From positions 1 to 34,564 of the forward strand of contig CAYWMH010000002.1 of the NCBI GenBank assembly GCA_964459315.1: DNA of 34,564 nucleotides. The letters are read 5' to 3'. Numbering within the stretch: the stretch's first letter is position 1; each line of letters opens with the position of its first letter. The notes beneath the pieces were generated by a model. That model was not told where the DNA came from. It saw nothing but the letters and a program-made list of their open reading frames with translations, and did no database searches. The DNA comes from an uncultured Verrucomicrobiota bacterium. GTDB taxonomy: Bacteria; Verrucomicrobiota; Verrucomicrobiia; Limisphaerales; UBA1096. This document shows positions 10,101 to 17,453 of this stretch, piece by piece. The translations under genes and the position numbers were made by a program.

Positions 10101-11230
10101 ACCAGGTCGACGGCTTGGCCGCCGGTTCCGTTCTGTACTATCGACTGTATGCCAAAAACAAACTCGGTACCGCTTGGTCGGCGGACACGCAAAAAACATC
10201 GACCTTGGCCAAGGGCATTGTGGTGGCACGGGCGGATGAGTTTGTCGTCGAGCCGGGCGGGACACTCCGCTTGGCCAAGCGCGGGGAGGGCGTGCTCGCG
10301 AATGACGCCGGGGTGACACCGGCGACCGACGCCCAACTCTTGGCCAAGCCGCAACATGGCCAGTTGACCTTCCGGCCCGACGGCACATTTGATTACACCC
10401 CCAACGACGGCTTCTCCGGCAACGATCGATTCCTGTACCGATTGTCCAAGGCCGATGCGTCGCTCGAACGAATCGTGGTCTCGGTTGGTGGCCAATGGAG
10501 TTTTTACGACGGAGTGACGGCACCCAGCCGCAACTGGATCAAGGCGGACTTCGATGATAGCGCCTGGTCGGTTGGGCCGGGGTTGCTTGGTTACGGCAAC
10601 GGTAACGAGGCCACGACAATCAGTTACGGCACCAACCCGGACAACAAACGGGCCACCGCATATTTCCGGCAGATCTTTGAGGTCGATGCGGTCGAGTTGA
10701 TTGACCGACTCACCTTTAAGCTGCTTCGCGACGATGCGGCGGCCGTTTACCTGAACGGCAGGGAAGTGTACCGCGACAGCAATCTGTCGCGTACCGCACG
10801 CCATACCACCTATGCCAGCAGCACGATTGTCGATGAAAATGCCTACGCCACATTCGAGGTTTCCGGCAAGCGCTTGGCCAACGGGAAGAACGTCATCGCG
10901 GTGGAAGTGCACCAAGCTAGCCGCAACAGCTCTGACCTCAGCTTCGCCCTGTTCGGAAAAACCCACCAATACCCCGGCGCTTGGGCAACTGTACGAACAA
11001 AAAAAATCCATTTTGACGACATTGCGATTAAGATTAACGAAAAAGAAAACAATTTTACTCTCAACTTTGACTCGGAATTACGAATATCATACATTATTGA
11101 TTCTTCAACTGACTTGCGGGTGTGGGAAGAAGTTCAAGTTATTGATGGAACAGGGGATAGCATTGAATACACCCCAGCGCCGCGACTTGATGGCGAGGCC
11201 AGATTCTTTCGACTTCGGGTAAGTCGCTGA
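7112..11230 (+). CDS. large secreted multidomain protein: metzincin-type zinc metalloprotease domain plus cadherin/Ig-like repeats, an FN3-like module and two beta-sandwich modules
   Basis: 1372-aa ORF. Signal-like N-terminus MKLKSKQGVALLAVALAGVALV. HEMGHVFGSSH (nt 8252-8284) fits the HExxHxxGxxH zinc site. Repeated ANDxx / YTPNDGFSGNDRFLY motifs are typical of cadherin-like or Ig-like bacterial repeats. Two modules carry the pattern D(K/D)SW...GY(G/E)...Y(L/F)R...DD(G/A)...(H/Y)LNG. The ATG overlaps the rnr stop (ATGA at 7112-7115). Confidence 0.8.
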   Translation: MKLKSKQGVALLAVALAGVALVNRDEWQATVAVTSPVQPIGQPVVEFAKHLAKSGSRLVPSAQSVPLSLAAALDRGQPLRLELPWREPLDFSFRDFPLLADGYRTTLGQAGRLDAELRVFEGRAIGGDGQQHTATLTLANRSIAGVVRLANGGQVQLRGTDGGQFNALANRLPTLTCARDPRTGAYRTISLDGRLAKSDWGQAKPAQLEPSPEFPMMASSGLDPVTGAPTLVLGGPANPPRYEASLKVATVIVVLDKSATGLNSKNHLMEVTSQYLALMSNVASIYENQLGIRLLVQELILTPDSDDYDDIPFDDNGGTLDDFADWTQRWRPESTYGQTVAIRFGDGLSGGILGIAFQNALHTRNGVGVLRTGFGWALTSHEMGHVFGSSHSLGGIMNGQYTTEERSFFKDIEGQEYTAATQVYNRASGRLGGPAAMRNPDEMPFAVDDVAWAAPGERVRIDVLANDLKKVYRGQENSLTLAEVGRVTPRYAGSVAVEVGQAVFTPSSGFTGTAWFSYSVRGDVGRGWLHKGDVAVVVGDPEGNAHELDLAVGQARTLKLPGNGSITQLRPPKQAAMHEMISDSAVYIVRVNADASGSETIRYRAGGKRQILTLNYIKEPPIAEPDVLYLSPGESVSFNPLANDHAAGLRGAFKTEPVLAVGTTGEGRDGQDYFPGGFRLYSARSKASKLGSLTVHRSPVMRDGRRRNDPNGLLTFKANSSASGTGVIEYTIEDALGQRATGTVQLIVDGASDTLLGASEYARGWVPTHGRDDNAWTAPAFNDKSWKRGRQGAGYERSSGYQSLISSALNFRSQMYNKNESLYLRYAFDVDDPDAVGQLRLRMKYDDGFVAHLNGQRVASANAPTNLRWDSGATTLHDDSLAVRYESFDITAHRERLRPGKNILAIHGLNSGLTSSDMLIVAEIVSTDTGKLRLPEIVCESPAERTPESVTLAGRLAGVAANTKAFFVWGNTDGGPDAAKWDHSSEASLGEDGRLRHQVDGLAAGSVLYYRLYAKNKLGTAWSADTQKTSTLAKGIVVARADEFVVEPGGTLRLAKRGEGVLANDAGVTPATDAQLLAKPQHGQLTFRPDGTFDYTPNDGFSGNDRFLYRLSKADASLERIVVSVGGQWSFYDGVTAPSRNWIKADFDDSAWSVGPGLLGYGNGNEATTISYGTNPDNKRATAYFRQIFEVDAVELIDRLTFKLLRDDAAAVYLNGREVYRDSNLSRTARHTTYASSTIVDENAYATFEVSGKRLANGKNVIAVEVHQASRNSSDLSFALFGKTHQYPGAWATVRTKKIHFDDIAIKINEKENNFTLNFDSELRISYIIDSSTDLRVWEEVQVIDGTGDSIEYTPAPRLDGEARFFRLRVSR
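7429..7440. repeat. iterated palindrome GCTTGGCCAAGC (12/12; 13/14 of the long form)
   Basis: Exact 12-mer inside the 1372-aa CDS (encodes TLGQAG). Confidence 0.95.
10268..10281. repeat. iterated palindrome CGCTTGGCCAAGCG (14/14)
   Basis: Exact 14-mer inside the 1372-aa CDS (encodes RLAKRG). Confidence 0.95.
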
Positions 11231-11302
11231 CCGCTTGACTCAGGGAAATCTAAAGAAAAAGTGCCATTCGGCCGACTTTGTGAATTTTTTCACAAATTCA
11301 TT

Positions 11303-11331
11303 TTGACCTTGCGAAACGCCGGCGATAGATT
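11303..11331 (+). promoter_or_regulatory. candidate sigma70-type promoter for nuoB (TTGACC-N17-TAGATT)
   Basis: -35 at 11303-11308 and -10 at 11326-11331, about 25 nt upstream of the nuoB ATG in an AT-rich spacer. Motif match only. Confidence 0.35.
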
Positions 11332-11356
11332 GCCCGACAGGGATCGTCAAGCCGTC

Positions 11357-11884
11357 ATGAGCAGCACTAAATTAGGTTACAACTCCAAGGTCGAGGGTGA
11401 TGTCGTGCACACCACGCTGGAGGCTGCCGTGAACTGGTTTCGCAAGAATTCCCTCTGGCCAATGCCGATGGGCTTGGCCTGCTGCGGTATCGAGTTAATG
11501 GCAACGGCGGCTAGCCGGTTCGATATCTCGCGATTTGGCGCGGAGGTGATGCGGTTCTCGCCCCGCCAATCCGACCTGATGATCGTGGCGGGAACGGTTA
11601 CTTACAAAATGGCACTCGCGGTGCGTCGGATTTACGACCAGATGCCGGAGCCGAAATGGGTGATCGCGATGGGGGCTTGCGCTTCGACTGGCGGCATGTA
11701 CCGCAGCTACGCGGTATTGCAGGGGGTGGATCGGATATTGCCGGTGGATGTTTACGTGAGTGGCTGTCCGCCGCGCCCGGAGGCGTTGCTCGAGGGGTTG
11801 ATGACCCTCCAAAACAAGCTTTCACACGAGCCTCATATCAAGGATACCAAGCCGGCCCGCGCCAGAGAGTCGGTGGTCGCTTAA
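11357..11884 (+). CDS. nuoB: NADH-quinone oxidoreductase subunit B
   Basis: [26 protein letters not shown] and VSGCPPRPE (N2 cluster cysteines). Start chosen at MSSTKLGY; the ORF-track GTG start at 11261 adds a non-homologous extension. Confidence 0.9.
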   Translation: MSSTKLGYNSKVEGDVVHTTLEAAVNWFRKNSLWPMPMGLACCGIELMATAASRFDISRFGAEVMRFSPRQSDLMIVAGTVTYKMALAVRRIYDQMPEPKWVIAMGACASTGGMYRSYAVLQGVDRILPVDVYVSGCPPRPEALLEGLMTLQNKLSHEPHIKDTKPARARESVVA

Positions 11885-11891
11885 GACCCGG

Positions 11892-12470
11892 ATGAGCGCG
11901 AAGCATCTGGCCAGTAAACTCAAGCAACAATTCAGGGAGATTGTCTCCTTGCCGGCGGAGTTTCGTGGTGAGTGGACGCTCGAAGTGTCGGACGCTTCGC
12001 AAATCGAGGCCGTATGCCAGTTCGCAAGGGAGTCGCTGGGCTTCGACTTTTTGGTCGATCTCACAACCATCGACAACGGCGATGACGTTCCACGATGGAC
12101 GGTGGTTTATCACCTGTATGGTTACGGACACGGTTGTCACCTGCGCCTGAAGACGAGCGTGAGTGAGGAGGCGTCGGAGTTACCCTCGGTGTCGGCGGTT
12201 TGGCACACAGCCAACTGGCATGAGCGCGAGTCGTACGACATGATGGGGATCCGGTTTGCCGGGCATCCCGACCTGCGCCGCATTCTGATGTGGGAGGGCT
12301 ATCCATATTACCCGTTGCGAAAGGATTTCCCCTTGGCTGGCAAGCCAAGCGAGATGCTGGACGTGGCATTCTCCGATCCGGCCCCGCTTGAGGGCGGGCC
12401 GTTTGTCACCGTGGCCGGTGGCGTAGACTCGACCGCACGCGAACCCCGTATGCGCGACCTGGAAGGCTGA
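11892..12470 (+). CDS. nuoC: NADH-quinone oxidoreductase subunit C
   Basis: 192-aa ORF with ANWHERESYDMMGIRFAGHPDLRRIL, the typical 30-kDa subunit signature. Operon position is consistent. Confidence 0.9.
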   Translation: MSAKHLASKLKQQFREIVSLPAEFRGEWTLEVSDASQIEAVCQFARESLGFDFLVDLTTIDNGDDVPRWTVVYHLYGYGHGCHLRLKTSVSEEASELPSVSAVWHTANWHERESYDMMGIRFAGHPDLRRILMWEGYPYYPLRKDFPLAGKPSEMLDVAFSDPAPLEGGPFVTVAGGVDSTAREPRMRDLEG

Positions 12471-12473
12471 TTG

Positions 12474-13724
12474 ATGGCGGCAACCAAGGAATTGAAGGTG
12501 GGGGATTCGGCGGCACGCTCGGCACAGGCCCTGGACGAGTTGGCGGATGTGCGGGGCGACACGATGACTCTGAACATGGGGCCGTCGCATCCCGCGACGC
12601 ACGGAGTGTTGCGGCTGTTGCTGGAACTCGACGGCGAGATCATCACGAAGGCCGACCCGGAGATCGGCTACCTGCATCGCGGCGACGAGAAGATCGCCGA
12701 GAACATGACCTACACCCAGTTCATCCCGTACACGGATCGGCTGGACTACCTCGCGCCGCTGGCCAACAACGTCGCCTACGCGCTGTCGGTGGAGAAGCTT
12801 CTTGGCATCCACGAAAAGCTACCGGAGCGCTGCCAGTACATCCGCGTGATCTGCTGCGAACTGGCCCGCATCTCGGCGCATCTTCTCGGCATCGGGGCGT
12901 TTGCCATGGATGTCGGCGCGATGACGGTGTTCCTGCACACGTTTACCGAGCGCGAAAAAATATACAACCTGATTGAGGCGCTGACCGGCGCGCGTTTCAC
13001 GACGACCTACACGCGCATTGGCGGGTTGTCGCGTGATTTGCCGGATGGCTGGACGGACGAATTGGTCAAGTTCACCAAGGAAGTCAGCGTGGCCATCAGC
13101 GAGGCGGACAAGCTGCTCACACGGAACAAGATTTTTGTGGATCGCACCCGCGACATCGGCGTGATCAGCCGGGAGGAGGCGATCGATTTCGGCCTGACTG
13201 GCCCGAATCTGCGCGGGAGCGGCGTGGAGCACGACCTTCGCAAGGTGCACCCGTATCTCGTGTACGACCGGCTCGACTTTGACGTGCCGTACGGCGAGGC
13301 GGGTGACTGTTACGACCGTTACCTCGTCCGCATGGAGGAGATGCGCCAGAGCGTGCGCCTGCTCGAGCAATGCCTCGCCGCACTGCCCGGCGGCCCGGTC
13401 AACGTGGGTGACGGCAAGATCGTCTTGCCGGACAAGCAAAAGGTGCTCACGAGCATGGAGGAGTTGATCCACCAGTTCATGCTTGTGACGCAGGGGCAGG
13501 ACGCCCCGGCTGGCGAGGTTTATTTTGGCGCCGAGAACCCGAAGGGTGAGCTTGGCTTTTACATCATGAGCAAAGGCGGTGGCGTGCCGTACCGTCTGAA
13601 GATTCGCGCGCCGTCGTTCGTCAACCTCGGCATCCTGCCGCACATGCTGCCGGGACACATGATCAGCGATGTGGTGGCGATCCTGGGATCCCTCGACTTC
13701 GTGATGGGGGAATGCGACCGATGA
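12474..13724 (+). CDS. nuoD: NADH-quinone oxidoreductase subunit D
   Basis: LNMGPSHPATHGVLRL, IGYLHRG and a C-terminal DFVMGECDR. ATG at 12474, with a possible TTG at 12471. Confidence 0.92.
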   Translation: MAATKELKVGDSAARSAQALDELADVRGDTMTLNMGPSHPATHGVLRLLLELDGEIITKADPEIGYLHRGDEKIAENMTYTQFIPYTDRLDYLAPLANNVAYALSVEKLLGIHEKLPERCQYIRVICCELARISAHLLGIGAFAMDVGAMTVFLHTFTEREKIYNLIEALTGARFTTTYTRIGGLSRDLPDGWTDELVKFTKEVSVAISEADKLLTRNKIFVDRTRDIGVISREEAIDFGLTGPNLRGSGVEHDLRKVHPYLVYDRLDFDVPYGEAGDCYDRYLVRMEEMRQSVRLLEQCLAALPGGPVNVGDGKIVLPDKQKVLTSMEELIHQFMLVTQGQDAPAGEVYFGAENPKGELGFYIMSKGGGVPYRLKIRAPSFVNLGILPHMLPGHMISDVVAILGSLDFVMGECDR

Positions 13725-14209
13725 GTTTTGTCGTCCCCAAAAAACTGGAGCGCGAAGTCAACCGGCTAGTGAAGTGCTACCCGGAGAAACGCAGCGCGTC
13801 GCTGATGGTGCTTCATGCGTTGCAGGAGGAGTTCGGTTACATCTCGCCGGAGGCCCAGGAGTGGGCGGCGGCCAAGCTCGGTCTCAAGCCGATCAACATT
13901 CACGAGTTGGTGACGTTTTACCCGATGTTGCGCGAGCACGACCCCGGGAAAACCGTCGTGCGGGTTTGCCGGACGTTGAGCTGCGCCCTGGCCGGGAGCG
14001 CGAAGTTGCACGGGCATATTTGCAGTCGGCTTGGTCTCGATGCGAATGCGCCGGGGTTGCAGCGGACGAAGGACGGCAGGTTCGGTGTCGAGTTCGCCGA
14101 GTGCCTGGCCAGTTGCGGCACCGGGCCGGTGATGATGTGTAACGACGACTTTTACGAAAATATCTCAAACGACAGGGCGGATGAAATCCTGGAGAAATAC
14201 GACGAATGA
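13712..14209 (+). CDS. nuoE: NADH-quinone oxidoreductase subunit E (2Fe-2S)
   Basis: CRTLSCALAG ... ECLASCGTGPVMMCND cysteine pattern. An alternative start at 13721 forms an ATGA overlap with the nuoD stop. Confidence 0.9.
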   Translation: MRPMSFVVPKKLEREVNRLVKCYPEKRSASLMVLHALQEEFGYISPEAQEWAAAKLGLKPINIHELVTFYPMLREHDPGKTVVRVCRTLSCALAGSAKLHGHICSRLGLDANAPGLQRTKDGRFGVEFAECLASCGTGPVMMCNDDFYENISNDRADEILEKYDE

Positions 14210-14212
14210 AGA

Positions 14213-14286
14213 TGGTTGCCGAACTAGGATTCGAACCTAGACAAAGTGAGTCAGAGTCACTCGTGCTACCGTTACACTATTCGGCA
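14213..14286 (-). tRNA. tRNA-Gln (anticodon CUG), CCA encoded
   Basis: The minus-strand 74-mer TGCCGAA-TA-GTGT-AACGGTA-GCAC-G-AGTGA-CTCTGAC-TCACT-TTGT-CTAGG-TTCGAAT-CCTAG-TTCGGCA-A-CCA folds by hand into a canonical cloverleaf. It has a 7-bp acceptor stem with U1:A72, U33, anticodon CTG, A37 and T-loop TTCGAAT. Confidence 0.9.
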
Positions 14287-14304
14287 ACGCCGTTGAGGAA
14301 ATAC

Positions 14305-14331
14305 ATAGTAAAACCGGGCCGGATGAGTCAA
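14305..14331 (-). promoter_or_regulatory. candidate promoter for tRNA-Gln (TTGACT-N15-TACTAT on the minus strand)
   Basis: -35 is the complement of 14326-14331 and -10 the complement of 14305-14310, 18 nt upstream of the mature tRNA 5' end. The spacer is short (15 nt), so this is tentative. Confidence 0.35.
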
Positions 14332-14346
14332 GGCCCGAATCGTTGA

Positions 14347-15750
14347 ATGCCGAAAGAAACGAAACTGGTTTTGAAGCACGTCGATGAGGCGGGTTACACG
14401 AACGACATTCGCTGTTACCTGAAGCATGGCGGCTACAAGACCTTGAAAAAGGTCCTCCGGCTCAAGCCTAGGAAGACCGGCGGCGGTGTCGTGACGCCGC
14501 AGGAAACCGTTCGCAAGGAGGTGCTTGCTTCCGGTCTGCGTGGCCGGGGCGGGGCCGGATTCTCGTGTGGGGTGAAGTGGAACTTCGTCAATCGCAAGTC
14601 CGGCAAGCCGGTCTACTTGATCTGCAACGCCGACGAGTCCGAGCCGGGCACGTTCAAGGATCGGCAAATCATCCACAAGGATCCGCATCAACTCATCGAA
14701 GGCATGATCCTGTCGTGCTTCGCCAACGAGGTGAAGCTGGCGTACATTTACATTCGCGGCGAATTCCCCGAGGGCGCGAAGATCCTCAACCGCGCCATCG
14801 ACGAGGCCAAGGCCAAGGGGTTCCTCGGCAAAGGCATCTGCGGCACGAAATACGACCTTGAGATTCACGTGCACCGCGGTGCGGGCGCGTACATTTGCGG
14901 CGAGGAAACCGGGCTCATCGAGTCGCTCGAGGGCAAGCGGCCGTACCCGCGCATCAAACCGCCGTACTTCCCGGCGGCGCTTGGCCTCTATATGTGCCCG
15001 ACCATCGTCAACAACGTCGAGACGCTCTGCAATGTGCGGCATGTCATGGAGATGGGCGGCGACGCCTACGCCTCGCTGGGCACGGCTGGCAACACCGGCA
15101 CGCGGATCGTCAGCCTGAGTGGGAACGTTCAGCGCCCCGGCTACTACGAGATTGAAGTCGGAAAGGCCACGCTCGGTGAACTGATCTTTCACAAAAACTT
15201 TGGCCAAGGTCTACGCGACGGTTGCAAGCTGCGCGCGATCATCCCCGGTGGCTCGTCGTCAAAGGTGTTTCGCGCCGAGGAGGCGTTCACCATCCAAAGC
15301 AAGGACAAATGGGGCGAGGTCACCGAGCAGAAACTCGATCTGCTCGACATCCCGTACGACTTCGACACGCTGATGAAATGCGGCTCGATGTCCGGCTCGA
15401 GCGCGATCATCGTGCTGGACGACTCCGTCGACATCGTCGAGGCGCTTGGCAATCTCTCCGACTTTTACGCGCACGAAAGCTGCGGCCAATGCACCCCGTG
15501 CCGCGAAGGTTCGCTCTGGATGGCCAAGGCGCTCAAGCGCATGCGCAGCGGCGAGGCGCGGAAGGGCGACGCCGATTATCTGCGACATATCGCGCAGAAC
15601 ATACAGGGCCGCACCATTTGCGCCTTTGGCGAGGCGTGCGCCTGGCCGGTGATGAGTTTTGTGGACAAGTTCCGCGACGATTTCGAGAAACGCGGCGCAG
15701 AGGATGAGGCCCGCTTGGCCAAGCGCAACGGGGAGGCCACAACGAAATAA
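14347..15750 (+). CDS. nuoF: NADH-quinone oxidoreductase subunit F (FMN/NADH-binding, 4Fe-4S)
   Basis: GLRGRGGAGFSCGVKW, CNADESEPGTFKDR and ESCGQCTPCREG motifs. Confidence 0.93.
   Translation: MPKETKLVLKHVDEAGYTNDIRCYLKHGGYKTLKKVLRLKPRKTGGGVVTPQETVRKEVLASGLRGRGGAGFSCGVKWNFVNRKSGKPVYLICNADESEPGTFKDRQIIHKDPHQLIEGMILSCFANEVKLAYIYIRGEFPEGAKILNRAIDEAKAKGFLGKGICGTKYDLEIHVHRGAGAYICGEETGLIESLEGKRPYPRIKPPYFPAALGLYMCPTIVNNVETLCNVRHVMEMGGDAYASLGTAGNTGTRIVSLSGNVQRPGYYEIEVGKATLGELIFHKNFGQGLRDGCKLRAIIPGGSSSKVFRAEEAFTIQSKDKWGEVTEQKLDLLDIPYDFDTLMKCGSMSGSSAIIVLDDSVDIVEALGNLSDFYAHESCGQCTPCREGSLWMAKALKRMRSGEARKGDADYLRHIAQNIQGRTICAFGEACAWPVMSFVDKFRDDFEKRGAEDEARLAKRNGEATTK
15712..15725. repeat. iterated palindrome CGCTTGGCCAAGCG (14/14)
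   Basis: Exact 14-mer in the nuoF C-terminal tail (encodes RLAKR). Confidence 0.95.
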
Positions 15751-15752
15751 CG

Positions 15753-17453
15753 ATGGCAGCCGATCGGACAGAACCTGCAGTTGACACCGTCACGGTGAAA
15801 GTGGATGGCCGCGCAGTGGAGGTGCCGCGCACCACGCCGAACTGGCAGGGCCAGCCGGAGCCGACCACGGTGTTGCAGGCCTGCAAGCATGCCGGTATCG
15901 AGATTCCCCATTACTGCTATCATCCCAAGCTGCCGGTGGCCGGCAACTGCCGAATGTGCCTCGTGCATGTCGCCATGCCCGGACGGCCCGGCCCGGACGG
16001 CAAACCACCGACGAACGACGACGGCACTCCAAAAGTTTTCCCGATGCAGCTTCCGTATGAGACGGGAACGGCGCGGGGCGTCATCGGCTGCGCGACCGGC
16101 ATCATTCCCGGGATGGAGATATACGCCAGCAGCCCGGAAACGAGGCAGATGCGCGAGGCGGTGCTTGAGTCGTTGCTGATCAACCACCCGCTTGACTGCC
16201 CGATCTGCGACCAGGCCGGCGAATGCAAACTTCAGGAATACTCGGTCGAGCACGGACAGGCGCAGAGCCAGTTCGCCGAGGTGAAGGTGCACAAGCCGAA
16301 GGCCGTCGACCTTGGCCCGCGCATCACGCTCGACGCCGAGCGGTGCGTGTTGTGCACCCGCTGCATCCGGTTCACCGCCGACATCGCCGGCGACGATGCG
16401 CTGGGCATCGTGAACCGAGGCAGCTACAACGAGATATCGACCTATCCCGGCGAGCCGTTTGACAACAACTACACGCTCAACACAGTGGATCTCTGCCCGG
16501 TGGGCGCGCTGACTTCGGACGATTTTCGGTTCCAGATGCGCGTCTGGTTCCTGAAGGAAACCAAGAGCCTTTGCACCGGCTGCGGCACCGGTTGCAACAC
16601 GATCATCGGCTCGCGCGAAAACCGGATGTACCGCTACGAGCCGCGTCGGAACGATGCGGTCAACAGCGATTGGATGTGCGACGCGGGCCGGCTCGACTAC
16701 AAGTGGATCGGCCGTGACGATCGTCTGGCCAAGGTGCGCGGGCCGAAGGGCGACACCGCTTGGCCAAGCGCGTTGCGCGAGATTACCGACCGCTTGGCCA
16801 AGGCCGAAGAAGACTCGGTGGCAGTTGTCGCCTCGGCTCGCCAGAGCAACGAGGAGCTTTTCCTGTTGTACAAATTGGCCAAGCGCTTCAAGGCGTTGAC
16901 CGACTCGGTGCCGCGCAAAGGCGAGCCCGACCACCTGCTCGTCGCCGGGGATCGCAACCCGAATACCACCGGCGCGCAGTTGACCGGCATCACGACCAAG
17001 AGCGTCGGCTCAAAGCTGGGCACGATCGCCAAGGGCATCGCATCCGGCAAAATCAAGACGCTGATCGTGTACGGTGAGGACGTCACGCAGCACGGCATTG
17101 ACGCCAAGCTAATCGGAAAGCTTAACACACTGATTGTCAGTGATATCCTACAAAGCGCCACGACGAAAAAAGCTGACTTTTTGCTGCCGGGCTGCGCGCA
17201 CGCCGAGAAGCGTGGGACGTTTACCAACGTGAAGGGCCGTGTGCAGAGGTTCAACAAGGCGCTTGAGCCGCCCGGGGACGCAATGCCGGAGTGGGAAGTG
17301 CTGCACGAACTCGTTCACAACCTCACCGGACTCGACGGCTTCAACAGCATCGAGGGGTTGTTCAACCAAATGGCCGGCGAGGTGAAGGCGTTCAAGGCCG
17401 CCGGGCTGACATGGGGCGGCTTGGGCGATGATGGAGCGGATGTGAAACTTTGA
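15753..17453 (+). CDS. nuoG: NADH-quinone oxidoreductase subunit G (short form, 566 aa)
   Basis: N-terminal 2Fe-2S pattern CYHPKLPVAGNCRMCLV, HPLDCPICDQAGECKLQ, CVLCTRCIRF, and a molybdopterin-like domain. Confidence 0.9.
   Translation: MAADRTEPAVDTVTVKVDGRAVEVPRTTPNWQGQPEPTTVLQACKHAGIEIPHYCYHPKLPVAGNCRMCLVHVAMPGRPGPDGKPPTNDDGTPKVFPMQLPYETGTARGVIGCATGIIPGMEIYASSPETRQMREAVLESLLINHPLDCPICDQAGECKLQEYSVEHGQAQSQFAEVKVHKPKAVDLGPRITLDAERCVLCTRCIRFTADIAGDDALGIVNRGSYNEISTYPGEPFDNNYTLNTVDLCPVGALTSDDFRFQMRVWFLKETKSLCTGCGTGCNTIIGSRENRMYRYEPRRNDAVNSDWMCDAGRLDYKWIGRDDRLAKVRGPKGDTAWPSALREITDRLAKAEEDSVAVVASARQSNEELFLLYKLAKRFKALTDSVPRKGEPDHLLVAGDRNPNTTGAQLTGITTKSVGSKLGTIAKGIASGKIKTLIVYGEDVTQHGIDAKLIGKLNTLIVSDILQSATTKKADFLLPGCAHAEKRGTFTNVKGRVQRFNKALEPPGDAMPEWEVLHELVHNLTGLDGFNSIEGLFNQMAGEVKAFKAAGLTWGGLGDDGADVKL
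16757..16770. repeat. iterated palindrome CGCTTGGCCAAGCG (14/14)
   Basis: Exact 14-mer in nuoG. Here it is read in the third possible frame (encodes AWPSA). A 12/14 copy lies at 16791-16802 and an 11/14 copy at 16875-16885. Confidence 0.95.

Noticed and set aside
8276-11011. 911-aa ORF on the minus strand, antisense to the 1372-aa gene. Similar long antisense or overlapping ORFs occur at 1143-2240(+), 14272-15207(-), 15576-16934(-), 19565-20995(-), 24466-25866(+), 27999-29072(+), 12180-12812(-) and 12819-13658(-).
   Set aside because: These are typical high-G+C shadow ORFs. Their translations are Arg/Ala/Gly/Pro-rich with no recognisable motifs. Each overlaps a gene on the other strand that has strong, specific family signatures.
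14207-14346. A short plus-strand ORF (MKMVAELGFEPRQSESESLVLPLHYSATPL...) across the nuoE-nuoF spacer.
   Set aside because: It is the antisense reading of a canonical tRNA-Gln cloverleaf and has no coding support.
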